Shown: positions 38,185 through 38,938 of the stretch, piece after piece
Numbering within the stretch: position 1 is the stretch's first letter
How the letters are laid out: the number at the start of each line of letters is the position of its first letter
Origin: Escherichia phage vB_EcoM-813R9
Sequence record: ON470620.1
Strand: one strand, 5' to 3'
DNA: 38,938 bases
The notes under the pieces: model-generated
What the model was told of the DNA's origin: nothing
Database searches by the model: none
Seen by the model: the letters and a program-made list of their open reading frames with translations, nothing else
Translations under genes and position numbers: made by a program

Positions 38185-38811
38185 ATGATTACGCTGTGGG
38201 GTCGGAATAATTCAACTAACGTAAAAAAAGTATTGCTGACGCTCGAAGAACTGGAACTACCTTATGAGCAAATTCTCGCGGGCCGTGAGTTTGGGATAAA
38301 TCACGATGCTGATTTTCTGGCGATGAACCCTAACGGGCTGGTGCCGTTGTTGCGTGACGACGAAAGTGATCTCATTCTTTGGGAATCAAACGCCATTGTC
38401 CGCTATCTGGCGGCACAGTACGGGCAAAAACGCCTGTGGATCGACTCACCGGCACGTCGTGCGGAAGCGGAAAAATGGATGGACTGGGCAAACCAGACGC
38501 TCAGTAATGCTCATCGCGGGATCCTGATGGGATTAGTCAGAACACCACCGGAAGAGCGCGATCAGGCCGCCATTGATGCCAGTTGCAAAGAGTGCGACGC
38601 CCTGTTTGCCCTGCTCGATGCGGAACTGGCAAAAGTAAAATGGTTCTCTGGCGACGAGTTTGGTGTGGGCGATATCGCTATCGCACCGTTCATCTACAAT
38701 TTGTTTAACGTTGGCCTGACCTGGACACCGCGTCCAAATCTGCAACGCTGGTATCAGCAACTCACTGAACGCCCCGCAGTGCGCAAAGTGGTGATGATTC
38801 CCGTTAGCTAA
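38185..38811 (+). CDS. gstB: Glutathione S-transferase GstB (YliJ)
   Basis: ORF trimmed to [18 protein letters not shown].. (208 aa); GST N- and C-terminal domains. Confidence 0.9.
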
Positions 38812-38938
38812 TTGCGTGGGCTAACTTTAAGTAATTCCCCACTGGACTCGTCGGTGAGAACGTATAAATAACCGTCGGGTCCAGTGCGAACATCACGAAT
38901 TCGCTGCCCTCTGTCCGTTAAAATACGGCCATCTTCTG
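38808..38938 (-). CDS. yliI: 3' end of yliI-like soluble aldose sugar dehydrogenase gene
   Basis: Minus-strand frame encodes ..[31 protein letters not shown]-stop; identification from memory. Confidence 0.5.

Noticed and set aside
1-38938. CRISPR arrays, rRNA genes, insertion sequences
   Set aside because: No regularly spaced short repeats, rRNA-like conserved stretches, or transposase ORFs with terminal inverted repeats found on either strand.

Overview
This window is a scaffolded Escherichia coli-type chromosomal segment containing one end of a P2/186-like myovirus prophage. Left 5.2 kb: artI (partial), artP, ybjP, ybjQ, amiD, ybjS and ybjT, the last cut by a 10-N assembly gap (5204-5213). 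From 5214 to about 30.66 kb the prophage runs in reverse orientation: tail fibre H (partial), I, J, W, V, S, R, lysis cassette, X, L, M, N, O, divergent P-Q, replication gene A, a Dam methyltransferase, a 186-type cII/apl/cI immunity region and the integrase. Right flank: rcdA, ybjJ, ybjI, ybjH, mdfA, ybjG, deoR, dacC, gstB and yliI (partial). The most interesting content is three visibly AT-rich accessory islands inside the prophage, each a candidate anti-phage or superinfection-exclusion system: (1) a two-gene ABC-ATPase plus Toprim/DUF4435-like module (PARIS-like) between S and the V late promoter; (2) a 383-aa protein with an N-terminal HEPN-like Rx4H domain between portal gene Q and the cos/early region; (3) a 558-aa membrane-anchored coiled-coil protein with a C-terminal GIY-YIG-like (T5orf172-type) domain between cI and int. 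All domain calls are from motif reading by eye, with no database search run. Coordinates of small motifs may be off by 1-2 nt. The remaining prophage tail genes and the other attachment site are not in the window.
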